Part shown: piece after piece, positions 22,693 to 35,400 of the stretch
Numbering within the stretch: position 1 is the stretch's first letter
Layout: every line of letters begins with the position of its first letter
DNA from: Oopsacas minuta
Lineage: Eukaryota > Animalia > Porifera
Direction of reading: 5' to 3'
Assembly: GCA_024704765.1 (NCBI GenBank)
Contig: JAKMXF010000347.1
Coordinates: 62,001 to 126,000, forward strand
Length of the DNA: 64,000 nt
Made by a program: the position numbers and the translations under genes
The notes under the pieces: generated by a model
What the model was told of the DNA's origin: nothing
What the model saw: only the letters and a program-made list of their open reading frames with translations
Databases searched by the model: none

Positions 22693-23099
22693 CTAATTTG
22701 ATAATAAATAAATCAATTATTTGCCATTTAATTTGTCACGTATTTGCAAGAAATGTGGAGTTGTCTCGTCATAAATATGTACCACGTCATGACATCTTAT
22801 ATCTATTCTAAAATTATTCGACTATGTATATGTAAAGAATATCGATATACTCCTTGGAAGAAACCATTATTCTGTAACTGTTGAATTTCTATATGCGATA
22901 GAATCGTAAGAGGAATTCAAATACTTATACGTAATGACGAATAGTTGTATCTAAATGGTGTAATACCTTGCACACATTTGTAAATATAATTTCTCCAGTT
23001 TACCTTATCTGATCTTTGATTATGTAAGATACAGTAAGAACTTTGCTTTGTACATGTACATACATACGATGTAATGCAAAATTGCAATCTTTGTGCATA

Positions 23100-23420
23100 T
23101 CCTATAGGGAGGTGTCCTAATGGCATGGACGATGTGCGATGTCCGTCCGTCCGTGCGGCCTTCCGAAATCTAGCAGTCGAATTAACATAAAAATTGGCAG
23201 TTGCAGCTCGGGTATGAATTGTTTCTAAAGTAAATATTTCACACCTTTCTATGTAAAATACAAACCCCCCAAGCTAGATTTGTTGTCAGGGGTAATACGG
23301 TGCGTAGAGTCCGATTTCGAGAATTTCAGAGTCTGAAATTTAAATTCACAGATTTATCATATGAATAATCATATTTTACACCTTTTTGCATAATTTTCAA
23401 AATCATGCTAGAGGTTTCGC
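23100..23420 (+). repeat. DINE-1-like interspersed repeat; related copies at about 26480-26690 and 26910-26960
   Basis: (GTCC)n microsatellite at about 23142-23153. Blocks TTCACACCT...GAGTCCGATTT...CAGATTTATCATATGA(A/T)TAATCATATTTT(C)ACACCTTTTTGCATA recur at about 26480-26650 and 26916-26960. Confidence 0.55.
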
Positions 23421-23707
23421 TTCCAAACAGGTTGATTGTAAGATAATTAATTATTCGGAATTTTATCCATAGTATTAGAGGATAGAATATGAAGTACATT
23501 AAGGGGAGAATGATATTGAGTAAGCTGAAATATTTATCGGATTCAATAACACCTCTGTGTATCCAATTAAATATTAATAAATCTTGCTTTCAGCCTTGTG
23601 GTAGAAGATTAGTTTACATGCAATAAGTATATAAGGCTACAGAGATTACTATAAATACTAGATTGTTATGATTACCATATAATTATTCGTATTTTATTAA
23701 TAGTTTG

Positions 23708-24844
23708 ATGGCTTATGACACTGGTAATGCATTTTCTGAGCCTAACTTGGCGAAAGTTCCTCTGAAAAACAATACGGACAGATTCGGATTTGACTTTACA
23801 GCAGATGAAGTTTCCTATGACTATTGTATACCAGTACAAGTCCTCAGGAAGAGAGAGCTGAAGTGGAACAGAATGTTGAAGAAGTTTGACAAGTTCAAGA
23901 AGAAGCACCCTGACTTACTGAAGAGTCGTTGTAGGAAGGGAATACCCTATTCAATGCGAGGACTCGCATGGTTCCATTTATCAGGTGCTAACATAATGGA
24001 AGATAAGAATAAAGGATTATTCGAAAAACTTCATTCTCAACAGAAACCTGAATGCGAGAAAGACATCGGTATGATTATGAAGGATCTACATCGCACATTT
24101 CCTAAACACGAATTGTTTTCTACTCCTGAGGGTCAGACAACTCTCCAACAAATACTCACAGCTCTAATGGCTTACAAACCAGAACACGGCTACTGTCAGG
24201 CTATGGCTCCTGTAGTAGCTACACTACTAATGCATATGCCTGTAGAATCTGCTTTCTGGGTAATGGTAATGGTAATGGAGTCTTATCTGCCTAGCTATTA
24301 TACTGAAGGATTCCAAGTATTCCAGATTGACTGCGAATTATTTGACATGTTGATGAGTGTGTATGCTCCTAACGTATCAAAATATTTACAATCTATAGGA
24401 GCTCTATCTGTCGTATACCTGCTGGAATGGTATATGTGCATATTCTGTAGGACACTACCCTTCTCTTGTGCTCTCAGGATATACGATATGTTCTTCTGTG
24501 AAGGTCCTATCGTTATGCATAAGACAGCTATCTCTCTAATGAAGTTATATATGGAGAAGGATAATAATTACCTGAATTTTCCAACCATTTCTGATTTCTA
24601 TCCAGCCCTCAAGCATTTACCGGAAGATGCAACACATGAAACTGTTCTTATACCTACAATACTCTCAATCAAGCTAGGCAATAAGTTACTCACCAAAATG
24701 CAGGAGCGAGCAGCGAAGAAATTCAAAATAGTAGAGGACTCAAGACAGATCAATCGAATGCAGCACACACAGTCTATCACCAATCTTGCTAATGATGATG
24801 GTGGTGATACTTCTGATGAGGGTTCAGTCATTTCAGCTATATAA
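23708..24844 (+). CDS. TBC1D10: TBC1D10/EPI64-family Rab GAP, single exon
   Basis: DRFGF, RELKWNRM, KSRCRKGIPYSMRGLAW, Arg-finger IMKDLHRTFPKHELF, Gln-finger GYCQAMAPV, LEWYMCIFCRTLP and RIYDMFFCEG. First ATG at 23708. Confidence 0.9.
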   Translation: MAYDTGNAFSEPNLAKVPLKNNTDRFGFDFTADEVSYDYCIPVQVLRKRELKWNRMLKKFDKFKKKHPDLLKSRCRKGIPYSMRGLAWFHLSGANIMEDKNKGLFEKLHSQQKPECEKDIGMIMKDLHRTFPKHELFSTPEGQTTLQQILTALMAYKPEHGYCQAMAPVVATLLMHMPVESAFWVMVMVMESYLPSYYTEGFQVFQIDCELFDMLMSVYAPNVSKYLQSIGALSVVYLLEWYMCIFCRTLPFSCALRIYDMFFCEGPIVMHKTAISLMKLYMEKDNNYLNFPTISDFYPALKHLPEDATHETVLIPTILSIKLGNKLLTKMQERAAKKFKIVEDSRQINRMQHTQSITNLANDDGGDTSDEGSVISAI

Positions 24845-25651
24845 TACAATTATTTGGTGTATATTAGTTCGTTGACATACTTATGCTATTGATATAATTA
24901 TATGCCTTGAACATACACATATGTTTATAGTAAAGATGTACCATTTATTTCTTACTTATGATGCAATATTTTCCATATTTCTTGTATTAATTCAATTTCT
25001 CTCGTATATTCATACGCCCGGGACTTCAAATTTCATATTCCTTCAATTTTGTCAATTTCATAGATTGAAGTTGGATTTTTGTATTTAGACTCTAATGATA
25101 TTTGTTTATTAGTAAGCGAAGATTTGCGGATTTTTGTCGCAGGACAATTTGTCGCGTGAACCTTCCTAGCAACGAAATCCCACCTGATGTATGCAGTAAT
25201 TTTCTGGAGAAATTTTTTTAATATTACTAATGCCTTTTGAATTGCTTTGGCTACTTACTATCCACTCCGAAACTTTTAAGGTATTTCACTTGCATTACTT
25301 TAATTCTACATGGAAGTGTTAGTTTTTCCATTTGTACCATTGATTAGTTCATTTGTCCCCATTAATATATAATAATTGCATCAATTTGATATTACAGTTC
25401 CATCTTGTCCAACTATTTCACGATTTTGAAACTACCTTTTTAATGATGTTATTTATTTAATGTTTCTTTCCAGTGTGTCGGATTTGTGAAGGATTCTAAA
25501 TTTGTTATCACATTTAAACGACTTCACATATTATCTGAATGCACTGCAATGTGCTACAAATATTTATTGCTCTAAAATTAGTTTTCGCTAGAGCCTGGAA
25601 AACATGTGAAGTATGAGTATCGTGATAATATATAATATATACTAACCATAG

Positions 25652-26174
25652 ACTCCTTTAAATAAGGAATGTATGGAGGTGCTCGAACTCCTGTCCTGCA
25701 ACTTGTGTCCAGTTCCATATATTTCAAAAGTGGCTACGTTTTTCTCCGAATATGTAATATATTACATATTTTTAGAATTATATTTCATCAATCCGAAAAT
25801 GCAAAATTTTCGTCAAATGTGTGCTTAGTAAGCTTTTTTGGCGTAAATGTGTCTATCTTTGATACACCGTAGAACGATAAATACTACAAATAAGATTTCA
25901 GATTTCATACTCAATAATCCAATGATATTTTATACAAAATGTTAAAACTTTACATAATTAAGATAGACATATTTAGCCCAAAAATGCTGACTAAGCACAA
26001 AATTTCACACATTTGACGAAAATTTTGCATTTTCGGATTGATGAATTATATTTCTAAAAATATGTAATACATTTATTCAGCAGACGAAATGTGGCAATTT
26101 TGAAATACAGAACTCTAATGGACCCAAGTTTCAGGTACCGAGTTCAAGCGCCTACAGTCCTTCTTTAAAGGAGT
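25652..26174. mobile_element. Foldback-type MITE with about 210-bp inverted arms (different family from 4945)
   Basis: 25652-25860 (ACTCCTTTAAATAAGG...TTCATCAATCCGAAAATGCAAAATTTTCGTCAAATGTGTG...) mirrors about 25960-26174 (...CACACATTTGACGAAAATTTTGCATTTTCGGATTGATGAA...TTAAAGGAGT). Confidence 0.8.
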
Positions 26175-27157
26175 ATATGATAGTAACTAATAACAATCCA
26201 ATTATCACCTTAGGTTATTATTAGTTGTGTCAAGGAATTATCTAGGAGGGTAAAATTCAGAATCTTTCCCCATACCGTAACACTAATTCACTGGTTTAGG
26301 GGTATGAAATTTTAAAGGAGGAGCGCTAGGAGCGTACTCCGAATAACTTGTATAACTCCCTGAGTTATAAGGCAGAAGATAATGGTAACTAGTGTTAGTG
26401 TTGTATGATTGTACTTTTGTATAGAACTGTATCACTTTCTAGGATTGTTAATAGGGTGGTTCTGAACTTGAAATTTGAAATTTCACACCTATCTCTGTAA
26501 AGTTATGAAGGATGCTAGAGATTTGGTTTCAACATGTTTTCAGGGTAATTGGGTGCGGAGAGTCCGATTTTGAGATTTTCAAATAAAGTTACGAATTCAC
26601 AGATTTATCATATGATTAATCATATTTTCACACCTTTTTGCATATATTCCAAAATGATGCTAGAAATTTCGTTTCAACGGTTTGTGAAGGATAATCGAGT
26701 GCAGCAGAACCTCGTTATTACCAACACGGTTAATACAAATTTCCAGATAAGACGAACAAATGTTTACACAAATCAGGTACCCATTATTGGTCATTCAATT
26801 AGTATTAATTACTCAGGTTAGAGCGAACAATTTTGACCTTTCGTTAGTGTTAATATTAGTATTAACCATATTCCACACTAAGATTCTAACTTCGACATTT
26901 TCAAATCTCATCTACATGATTTATCATATGATTAATCATATTTTTCACACCTTTTTGCATATACATTATAGTATTATTACAAGCAATGAGAACAATATGT
27001 AACTGAAAATATTATTACTAATTATGTATATGGAGTATTCATTGCCTAGAGATAATTCGCTGTTTAGATCTCGCGCCCGTTAGAAAGTTAGAATTAATAG
27101 GCTCATTTCATATTTGATAAATTCATTTCAATCCTCACAACATATTATATTAATATA

Positions 27158-28603
27158 ATGAAGTTTATAATAAATTATGATAACAATTTGTACAAATTCA
27201 ACACGAATTCTTCAGACAATAAGAAGGTAACATGGCTGAAGCAGAAAGCAATGCGTACAATCACAAGTATCAACTTGGCAGGTCAGAAAGAAATGATTCT
27301 ACGAGTTGGTAAACTTTCTTTTGATGACGACTGGAATTTATCTACAATTCCTTATGGAACAATATTACATTGTCATCTGCATAACCCCATGGTGTTAGAA
27401 GGAGTTGCTTTGAAAGTTAGATTGGCTTATAACGAAGAGAGTGTGTATTTCAGTACAATTGACTGGGATAACTCCATTCTAGATATTAAGCTAGCCATCC
27501 AGCATAAAATAGGTATTCCTATTGGTGTATTCAGACTCTGTTATGAAGGAGAAGAACTGTATGATGTACAAACACTCAGGTCATTAATGGTGCCGAAAGG
27601 TTCTATATTTGTGTGTGAAAACTGGGACGGATGGAACGAATTTCTTATAGCTGCGAAACAAGGATTAACACAGGGATTAGAAGATATTATCTCTTCTGAT
27701 CTTAAGGTACGAGCTTATCAGATGCAGGTTGGCTTATACATTGCAGCACACCTCGGTCACACTGATTTCGCAGAGAAAATGATCCATGGGGGTGCAAAGG
27801 GAGACCGTCCTGTTGGACCACATCCTACAAAGAGATGGTGCCTTCGGAAGAAAGACGACTCACCATACTACAATTCAATACCTATACACGAGGCTACAGC
27901 TCGAGATCGTCTCTCAATACTTGTCCTTATTGTAGCAGGGATTCCTAATAGTATTTACGTGCTGAATAATGATGGAGATAGTCCACTTGATATAGCTACT
28001 AAACTTGATAGTAAAAAATGCAAACGCTTTTTAGAAAAAGAACTTATCGGTCAGAAAAGTAAAGCAAATCCTTCCAGCTACACAGCTAGGGAATTACCAA
28101 CTAAACTCACATTCAATCCGGAGCATAAATTCACCTACAAACGTTCCTACTCTCTTGAGCAACATCTCACTTGCCCGTTTTCTTCGAAATTAATACATGT
28201 GGACAAGCTACACACAAGTGCACAGAACTCTCAAGGCTTGAAGAGAATGTATAGCGAGCAACAACGTAATGGTCAGCGTCTCAGATTCAAAACATTTCCC
28301 TTTGTCTATAACGAGTATACTAAGAACGATTACAAAGCTAATCAGTTAAATTTACATTCACTTTCCAGACCTATTTATACTTCTCCCTCGAAAACTCATT
28401 CAAACCCTAACAAACTATTACAGGAAGTACAGGATATGAGAGGACAGAGTAATAATGATAAGGCTAGAGCTTGTCTGAGTCATGCTAAGCTAGCGTCTAA
28501 TGATACTTATCTCACACAGGTAAAATTAGCTACCAAATTAAATACAAGGAATTTGTTAGAGAAAATAGAATATTCTGAGAAGATGAAGATTACTATTATT
28601 TGA
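27158..28603 (+). CDS. ANKUB1: Ankyrin repeat and ubiquitin-like domain protein (ANKUB1-like), single exon
   Basis: Two N-terminal ubiquitin-like segments, then ENWDGWNEFL, YQMQVGLYIAAHLGH, VGPHPTKRWC, PIHEAT and GDSPLDIA, in the same order as ANKUB1. Confidence 0.8.
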   Translation: MKFIINYDNNLYKFNTNSSDNKKVTWLKQKAMRTITSINLAGQKEMILRVGKLSFDDDWNLSTIPYGTILHCHLHNPMVLEGVALKVRLAYNEESVYFSTIDWDNSILDIKLAIQHKIGIPIGVFRLCYEGEELYDVQTLRSLMVPKGSIFVCENWDGWNEFLIAAKQGLTQGLEDIISSDLKVRAYQMQVGLYIAAHLGHTDFAEKMIHGGAKGDRPVGPHPTKRWCLRKKDDSPYYNSIPIHEATARDRLSILVLIVAGIPNSIYVLNNDGDSPLDIATKLDSKKCKRFLEKELIGQKSKANPSSYTARELPTKLTFNPEHKFTYKRSYSLEQHLTCPFSSKLIHVDKLHTSAQNSQGLKRMYSEQQRNGQRLRFKTFPFVYNEYTKNDYKANQLNLHSLSRPIYTSPSKTHSNPNKLLQEVQDMRGQSNNDKARACLSHAKLASNDTYLTQVKLATKLNTRNLLEKIEYSEKMKITII

Positions 28604-29295
28604 TTAACGAGTCATTTCTCTTACAGATTATTATGACTAGCCACAACTAATGCAATTCGCTACGTATAACTGTAAGCTGAATGAATCATTTAAATATTTT
28701 CCTTACAGTGAATATTCTGAAAAAACAGCTTCTATTTGGAGCTTTAGACCACCTAAACGAAGCTACATACATCCTCACTGCACTGCTTAATAAGAACACC
28801 AAGAGGTAGTCCATATTTATGCTTATCCAGAATTCGAATAACTAATCATTCTCATTGAAAAGGCCTTAGGCAATCATTCACTTCTAGTTAATAAGTAATT
28901 GGCAAAATTCGTTTGATTATTCATCTCCAAACACACATATCACTAATCCTAGTCTTTCGCAATTCTGATTTATTTCTAAAAATAATATCTACTAGTATTT
29001 ACACAATAATAGCGTAGTTGATGTTCTGGCTTTTTCAGCAATTGTTTGTTGAGTTATATCTGTAGCCTCTCTGTAGACACAAATTATGTAGATTTGCTCA
29101 CAATTTGTACTGTAATGAAAGCTCAAAAGAGCTTTTGCGTTGGATCAGAGTTAGCGATTGCCCTTGATGTTGTCTTGATATCTGTATACCTTATGGTAGT
29201 TGTTCAAGACAATTGCATGCCTCCCAAAAAATTTGGACTAAATGCCGATTTTGAAATTGGACAAACAAAAACAACCCAAAATTTGGACTAATGCA

Positions 29296-30149
29296 TAGTG
29301 GCGTACCAAGGGGGGCCGGGGGCGCGGTCCGCCCCGGGTGCCACTCAAAGGGAGGCGCCAACCTTGACTGAGAGAGATACATTTATATTATATATTTTTG
29401 AGATCCCAGATGTAGTTTCTGCGTTCCTACACATACCCGCTAAACTATATTACGTTTATTTAGCAAAATAGATTCATCATGCCTACATTATATAACATTC
29501 AAAACATATGCTGGAAAATAAACATCTCACATACAGGGTGGGCAAAAAAATTACGGGCCCGGACAATTGGCTTCGAATATACATAATATTTAGGAGAGAT
29601 TAACAAAACCTTATAGTTATAGAGCTAAAATGGAGTACAAGACGAATACAAGCTGTTATTATCGTAGGTTGAAAATCTATGAGGATTAGAGCTTGTTCTA
29701 AATGAACACCATAAAAATATTTCCATTTTTTTGGATTTTTAGGCCAAAATTCCCATTACATTCTTCAGGACTATTTCTCCCGGAATGACTTGCACGGTCT
29801 TCGGATCTACTATTTAGGTTTTTAACAGTTTTTTCAGTCTGAAATTTCTTAATCAAACCCTGAATTCTCGATTTCCAGGGCGCATTTTTGATATCGAATA
29901 TATGCTAATAATTTCTGTAATTTCCTTGAAGGATGGCGTTTCAAAAATTCTCTGAACTCGCTAAGACTTCTACTGAATACTCTATTACTTCGTCTTTGGA
30001 TTATCTAACATATCTTTACATAGAATAAATAGATTATTATTACTCTGTTTTGACTAATAGTTTCAAGTTGGCCTGAAATGTGCACGGAAAAAGGGGGTTC
30101 CAACTTCAGATTCCGCCTCGGGTACCATAAGTGCTTGGTACGCCCAGTA
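29296..30149. mobile_element. Non-autonomous hAT-type element, about 850 bp
   Basis: TIR TAGTGGCGTACCAAG...CTTGGTACGCCCAGTA, with 8-bp TSD CTAATGCA / CGAATGCA (1 mismatch) and G-rich subterminal repeats. Confidence 0.7.
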
Positions 30150-30517
30150 CGAATGCATGTGACCCTGTCAGAGCATTAACTCCTCCATTTTTAGAGCCGC
30201 TCCTAACCAGCTCATCGAAAAATGAAGCACTCTCCAATTCCGCGCTCCTTTTTCACTCTTCCAGAATAAATCACTAGATTTGCATCCTAGATGATCAGTA
30301 CCAACTTGGACCGATGCACCTTATTCATACATTATTTTACATTACTTAAAATTCACCTTTTTTACATTCACAAACAAGATTACAATTACGTAAGTAATAT
30401 ACATATAATTATACATATTGTATGATTAAACTTAAGAATTCAGGGATAAGAAGTACTTCACACACACAATTCACAACACTGTACAATAATAACAAATCAG
30501 TTAGAGTACTGTAGAGG

Positions 30518-32177
30518 TTACACTTGATTGGGTGTAGTCTCCGAATAAGATGGCGGTATTTCAACCTGAGCTACCATGTAGGGGGGAGGTTGATTTTCAG
30601 CGATTTTCTCAGGACTACTGATTGATTCTGTCAGTCTACGAGTACCCGGCTTCGTTCTCCATACTCGGGACATAGCACGTTTGTAATGGATTCTGTACAT
30701 ACAAGCAAATACAATGCAGGTTATTATCACTCCCACTATCACCAAAGCTCCTAGTGTTAACACTCCAAAGTAGATGTAACTAGAAGGAGTATCTGTAATT
30801 AATTATTATGTCTCAGAGATGGAACGGGTCAGCCTAGACATTCTTGCGTTGCTATGGACAAAAGGTGTTGAATTGACCACTTAAATGACGAGGAATTTTA
30901 CAAATTTAAATTGTGGCCTTTAGTTGGATATTTAATTCCTTCAATAAAGGTTGCTTAAGTGGTCAATTGTGGCCGACACTATGGATATTGGAGTTGACAC
31001 TATATCCACAAATGAATGATTATGCCTTTTTACTATATAGCAAAATGTCTTGCGAGAATTGGGCAGTATGTATCTGAATATTAAACTGCCAGTCGATCTG
31101 TCGGTCAAAACCCGAAGGGTTCCCTCTCTGATATGTAATACATAAATATTTGTTAATACTACTAAATGCTAGCAGATGGACAGTGTGTTTCATAATTATT
31201 GGGACTAATTTCAATGGTCTATAAACCTTTCGATAATATACATTGTTTCGATCTTTGTATATAATTATTGATGTCTTTATTCTATTGTGATTAATAAACA
31301 TTTTCGGAGAGATTTTGTATTGTTTACAAGACCATGTCTTAACTTAGTCTTCTAGTTCGGATAAGCACTAGACAAAGTGTTTGTTACCTTTTTCGAACCT
31401 GCAATTAACTGGAAAAGTTTTTAATACTTTAAATAGAATTATTTATATATCTCAAGGGAGTATTCGGAATAAGATCAAAATACTTTTTGAAGCTGGAATG
31501 ACATATACAAGAGTTTGGGAGCTTATTACTCTCAATGCAAGAGATAGATAGTACTAAGCTCCCAAAGAATACCGTCTATAAGGTCTTGAAGGGAAATCGT
31601 GACAAATATTCTCTTGAACATAAGAAAGATGCTGGAAAATCTCCAAATTTACACTCAACCAAAGAAAATCGATAATTAACGCACTGAATTTATTCCCCAC
31701 TTTTTTGAGAAAATATAATTCTATCGATAGAAGGTCGCGAATATTAATAGAGAATCAAGAAAAAAAGACAAAATATTAGTTTCTTTCGTGTAATTATTCT
31801 AAACAATCAGCTGAATATACTTAGCTTTGTAATTACGAATTTGCTAGCCTGTTACAAATATTATAGAATTTAGAAAATTAATAGTCCCCAATAACAATAA
31901 TTATGAAACGCACTGTGTATTCTAGTTTGTTTTATCTCGTTTCATAAATATGTCTAATCCCTTGATTGTTTGAAATGACGCAGCAGATGTGATAAATTTT
32001 ATAATACAACTTCAGAAGTTGGCTAATCACCTGGACTGATAAATAATAATACAAACTGATGTGCAAATTGACCAAAATATACTTACCCTCTGTCAAAGCC
32101 GAGTTTCCTGTTTATCGGATCAACCCCAGCACTTCCAGAGTCATAAGCTCCTTCTGCATTTGCTCCCAGTACATATG
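30518..32177 (-). CDS. 3' part of a single-pass membrane protein with two PPxY motifs. Exons (- strand): 32177-32087, putative microexon 31398-31388, 30792-30518; upstream exons not resolved
   Basis: The last exon encodes YIYFGVLTLGALVIVGVIITCIVFACMY (TM), basic RIHYKR, then QPPPY and IPPSY. Canonical acceptor at 30793-30794. The upstream exon has AG/GTAAGT boundaries, and the phases close only through the 11-nt exon. Confidence 0.6.
30814..31129. mobile_element. hAT-like MITE, about 315 bp; a matching right end lies at about 12940-13012
   Basis: TIR CAGAGATGGAAC...GTTCCCTCTCTG; the 13000 copy ends GGTTCCATCTCTG. The TSD is only partly conserved. Confidence 0.55.
31462..31676 (+). pseudogene. 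Tc1/mariner-type transposase N-terminal HTH fragment (frameshifted)
   Basis: Two frames read IRNKIKILFEAGM and LSMQEIDSTKLPKNTVYKVLK...SLEHKKDAGKSPNL, resembling the HTH plus GRPR-like linker of Tc1-family transposases. Confidence 0.45.
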
Positions 32178-32422
32178 CTACAGTTTAATACGTTTGTTAA
32201 TTAATAGTACGATTATGACCGGATGATATTATGATAAATCTGGAAGAAATTGTACGTATTAATCGAGCGGAAATCTTATCCGAATTCTACTCTATAAATA
32301 TACGTAATTCTAATAGATATTAGTTAATTTATAATAGATTTTAGGCAAACTATAACCTTCATGCTATGCCATGACGTTAGAATTATATATTCTTGTTATA
32401 CTTTAATACCCTGAATGACATC

Positions 32423-32857
32423 CAGTAGAACCTCTATAAGTGGGGGAGGTCCGGCCGGAAACCTCCTGATGACCCTCATTACCCATTTATAATATCAAAT
32501 GTAAATGTCTCTTAACTAGAGATTTTATAGTGAAAGGTATAGCCACTTCCTCCAACCACGGTTATTTCAACGTTTTTGATTAATATAATGTGTCTTAGGG
32601 TTATTGGTTGAATTAACAAATTTGTAAGAAATTTTCTTCTGAAAAACCTAAATTAATTATTGCGATTTGTGTTTTCCAAATTTAGCACAAAAATTGATTA
32701 TTCAAGAAAATTTTTCGTTGAATTTCCCACTTTTAGAGGTAAATTTCGATGGTTTTCTCTAAAGTATCCCCATTCCCCATTCCCCATTCCCCACTCCCCA
32801 CTCCCCGCTTATAGAGGTTCCCCATTTATTGAGACCGTACTTCTAGAGTTTGCACTG
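32423..32857 (+). mobile_element. Pogo/Tigger-like MITE; inverted second copy at 51043-51474
   Basis: AGTAGAACCTCTATAAGTGGGGG start, internal inverted CCCCGCTTATAGAGGTTC, CCCCATT repeats and ...GCACTG-TA end. The same blocks occur in reverse order at 51043-51474. Confidence 0.65.
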
Positions 32858-34907
32858 TACTTTGAGTGTGTCAACTTGTAGAATTCACTAGTATAGCAAG
32901 ATATCAGCTCTAATAACCTTGAACATTAAATTTGTTTCTAAATAACTTTTGAATATTAAAGTGTTTACCTGAAATAGTCATCAAGATGAAAAGTGCAAAT
33001 TTCATTCTCTCTCGCTGTTGATATTATTTGAAATGATAGATTTATTAATATTAGCTTATAGAAAATAATAATATAATCTTTATATAATTCCTACTCTAAC
33101 GCTAGGCCTACAGCACACAGAAAGTAATGCCACATAATCACAACTATAATATGATTGTCGCCTAATACATCATTTTCAGTTGGCTGTACATTCAGCAATT
33201 ATCTTTCCTTGGTAATATATTCTCTATTTTTCACTTAGTTGTACACGAAATGATTGTGTGTTCTTTAAAGCGGATTGGTAAGAAGTACAACTTAAGGAAA
33301 TTCATAATCAAAGTTATGATAATTATACGTCTACCCTTGTTACTTGAATATTTGTGTAATTAATAATTATTATTAACAGTGTCATTGATATTTCACTAAC
33401 AATGTAATAATCGCAGAAAACTATCTATACAACCAGATTATGTTATCTATATATGAAGCAATAGAGGCTCATGCTACCTCACCGAATACATAGTTGTCAA
33501 GCCTCGTCGCGCATCCAAAGTGAGACTCATGTATTTGAAAATATCTCACTTTCCTTATCTCTTTAAAATGTTCTGGGAAATGAAATCTAAGGCAGATATT
33601 CATAACGAAATGAACACTATTTGGCCATTATTATGGGTGGCTATCCTATTAGCCATCCATTTTATTTCTAAACCTAGCTATATTCAACCGATCTTATTTA
33701 GATTTTACGGATAGATTTACAAAAGTTGACAACTTATTATTAATTATCTGCCATCCTTGATCCCAGCATAACAACTGTATTCTTCTATGGTGTGTGGTGT
33801 CGCTGTATATTCAATTAGTAAAATAAATGTTTGCTACACTTAACTTATACCTAGAACAAATTATCAATGTTTATGGTTGCTATTATAGCAACCATAATTC
33901 TTTCCCATATATGGATGGCATGTGCTGAAGGTTCTGTAACTGTAAGACACACTAACACGCCCTTTATCAACCAGACTTCAACTTAAATATATAAATTTAT
34001 CTGAAATATATTCTACAATACGAGTTGAATTTGGGCTTCCCTAATTCACGGAACGGACAAGCTTTTCTTGAAGAAATTTCAAATTTGTCGCTTGACACAT
34101 ATTTGACCTTGAAAATCACAGAATAGTGTAGAAAACAGTTTTCAAGCGATTGTTATGACAGTTTACGTCGATGATAATCAATATATGAAATGTGGAGCGT
34201 AGCCAGAGTTCATGAACATATATAGACAAGTATTGAATTTGAACACAAATACCAGTCACAATATCATAGTTTCCACCAAACGAGCATCATGGGATTATTG
34301 CGTTAAATTATTTTACACAATGCAAAAAGATTGATAATTATTCAATATATTTATTGAAAAAAAGTTTTCTTTCACGGACTGCCAAGTTCAACATTCAAAA
34401 GCTTGTATGTATAAGCTGCAGAGTTCCTTCGAGTGAAGTATGTACTGATAACTATTCCACTATTATTATTTTGTATATTATCCATAGTACTTCTTGTATG
34501 TTAAACACGCTACACTATGCCATGGTCAATTAGATTATGCTGCAAGACAAAATCCTAATTGAGCCCAGAATTTCTAGAGAGGAGCATAAACACAGGTGGA
34601 TGATTATTATTAGGTGGAGCAATAAATTATTTTTGATTTGATTGAATTGTAACTAATCTAATCTAATTGTTTATCTTCTCTCGATCCCTGCCCGCACAAA
34701 TATTTTTATTATCCTAAGTAATGTTCACTATACTGATAAGCACAAATCAAGGGGTTGAAACCGCTTGAACTGAATATCAGTATTCATGAATAGCAGGCTA
34801 ACCGAATACTGATATTATTCGGTTAAATCAGCCGAATACTATTCTTAATATCGTATGTATTTCCCTTTTTCGGGCAGGAGAATACCGCGGGGCATATTCA
34901 GTGCAAT

Positions 34908-35400
34908 CAGGGTGACCAGATCTCCCATGCCAAAAAGAAGGACAGTTTTCAAAGTCAAATCATTTGTGTTCGATTATAATATTGTATTGTATGTTTATCA
35001 AGAGATACAAATTAACTAACACTGAAATACATAATTAAGGTAATATAATCCAAATTTCGTGATACATGTTTGTGGTACTAAATAATAAATATAGTTTGTG
35101 TATTTGGCATTGGAACAGATTTCTTCAATGCAACTTCTTTATTGGTTAATTTTTGATGATTTCTCTGCAACTCATTTCAAAATTCACTATTACTTTAAGT
35201 AGTGCACCAACAGTGGAAATGTCTAGTTTGTTTCTGTCGTCGCTCCATTGTACCTTTGATAAACTGAACACTCTTTCACACACCGCGTTAGATGCAGGGA
35301 TAGCAAAAATAGAAGATACTAATTTTCTTGTGTAGATAATATTTGATATTTAGTGAATTTTCATTCGTATTTTCAAGTACAATACACTTCACGACTATAC
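34908..35400 (-). mobile_element. Truncated hAT transposon with a transposase C-terminal dimerisation-domain remnant (about 35095-35340, - strand)
   Basis: TIR CAGGGTGACCAG at 34908. The - strand frame reads RKLVSSIFAIPASNAVCERVFSLSKVQWSDDRNKLDISTVGALLKVIVNFEMSCRE, the hAT 'IPASNA..ERVFS' motif. This frame is not listed in the ORF track. Confidence 0.8.

Noticed and set aside
27041-27053. RFX X-box-like ATTGCCTAGAGAT upstream of ANKUB1
   Set aside because: It has at least two mismatches to the consensus and is unsupportable without conservation data.
28627-28805. Possible extra 3' coding exons of ANKUB1
   Set aside because: Splicing from the donor at 28521 meets stops at once in the required phase.
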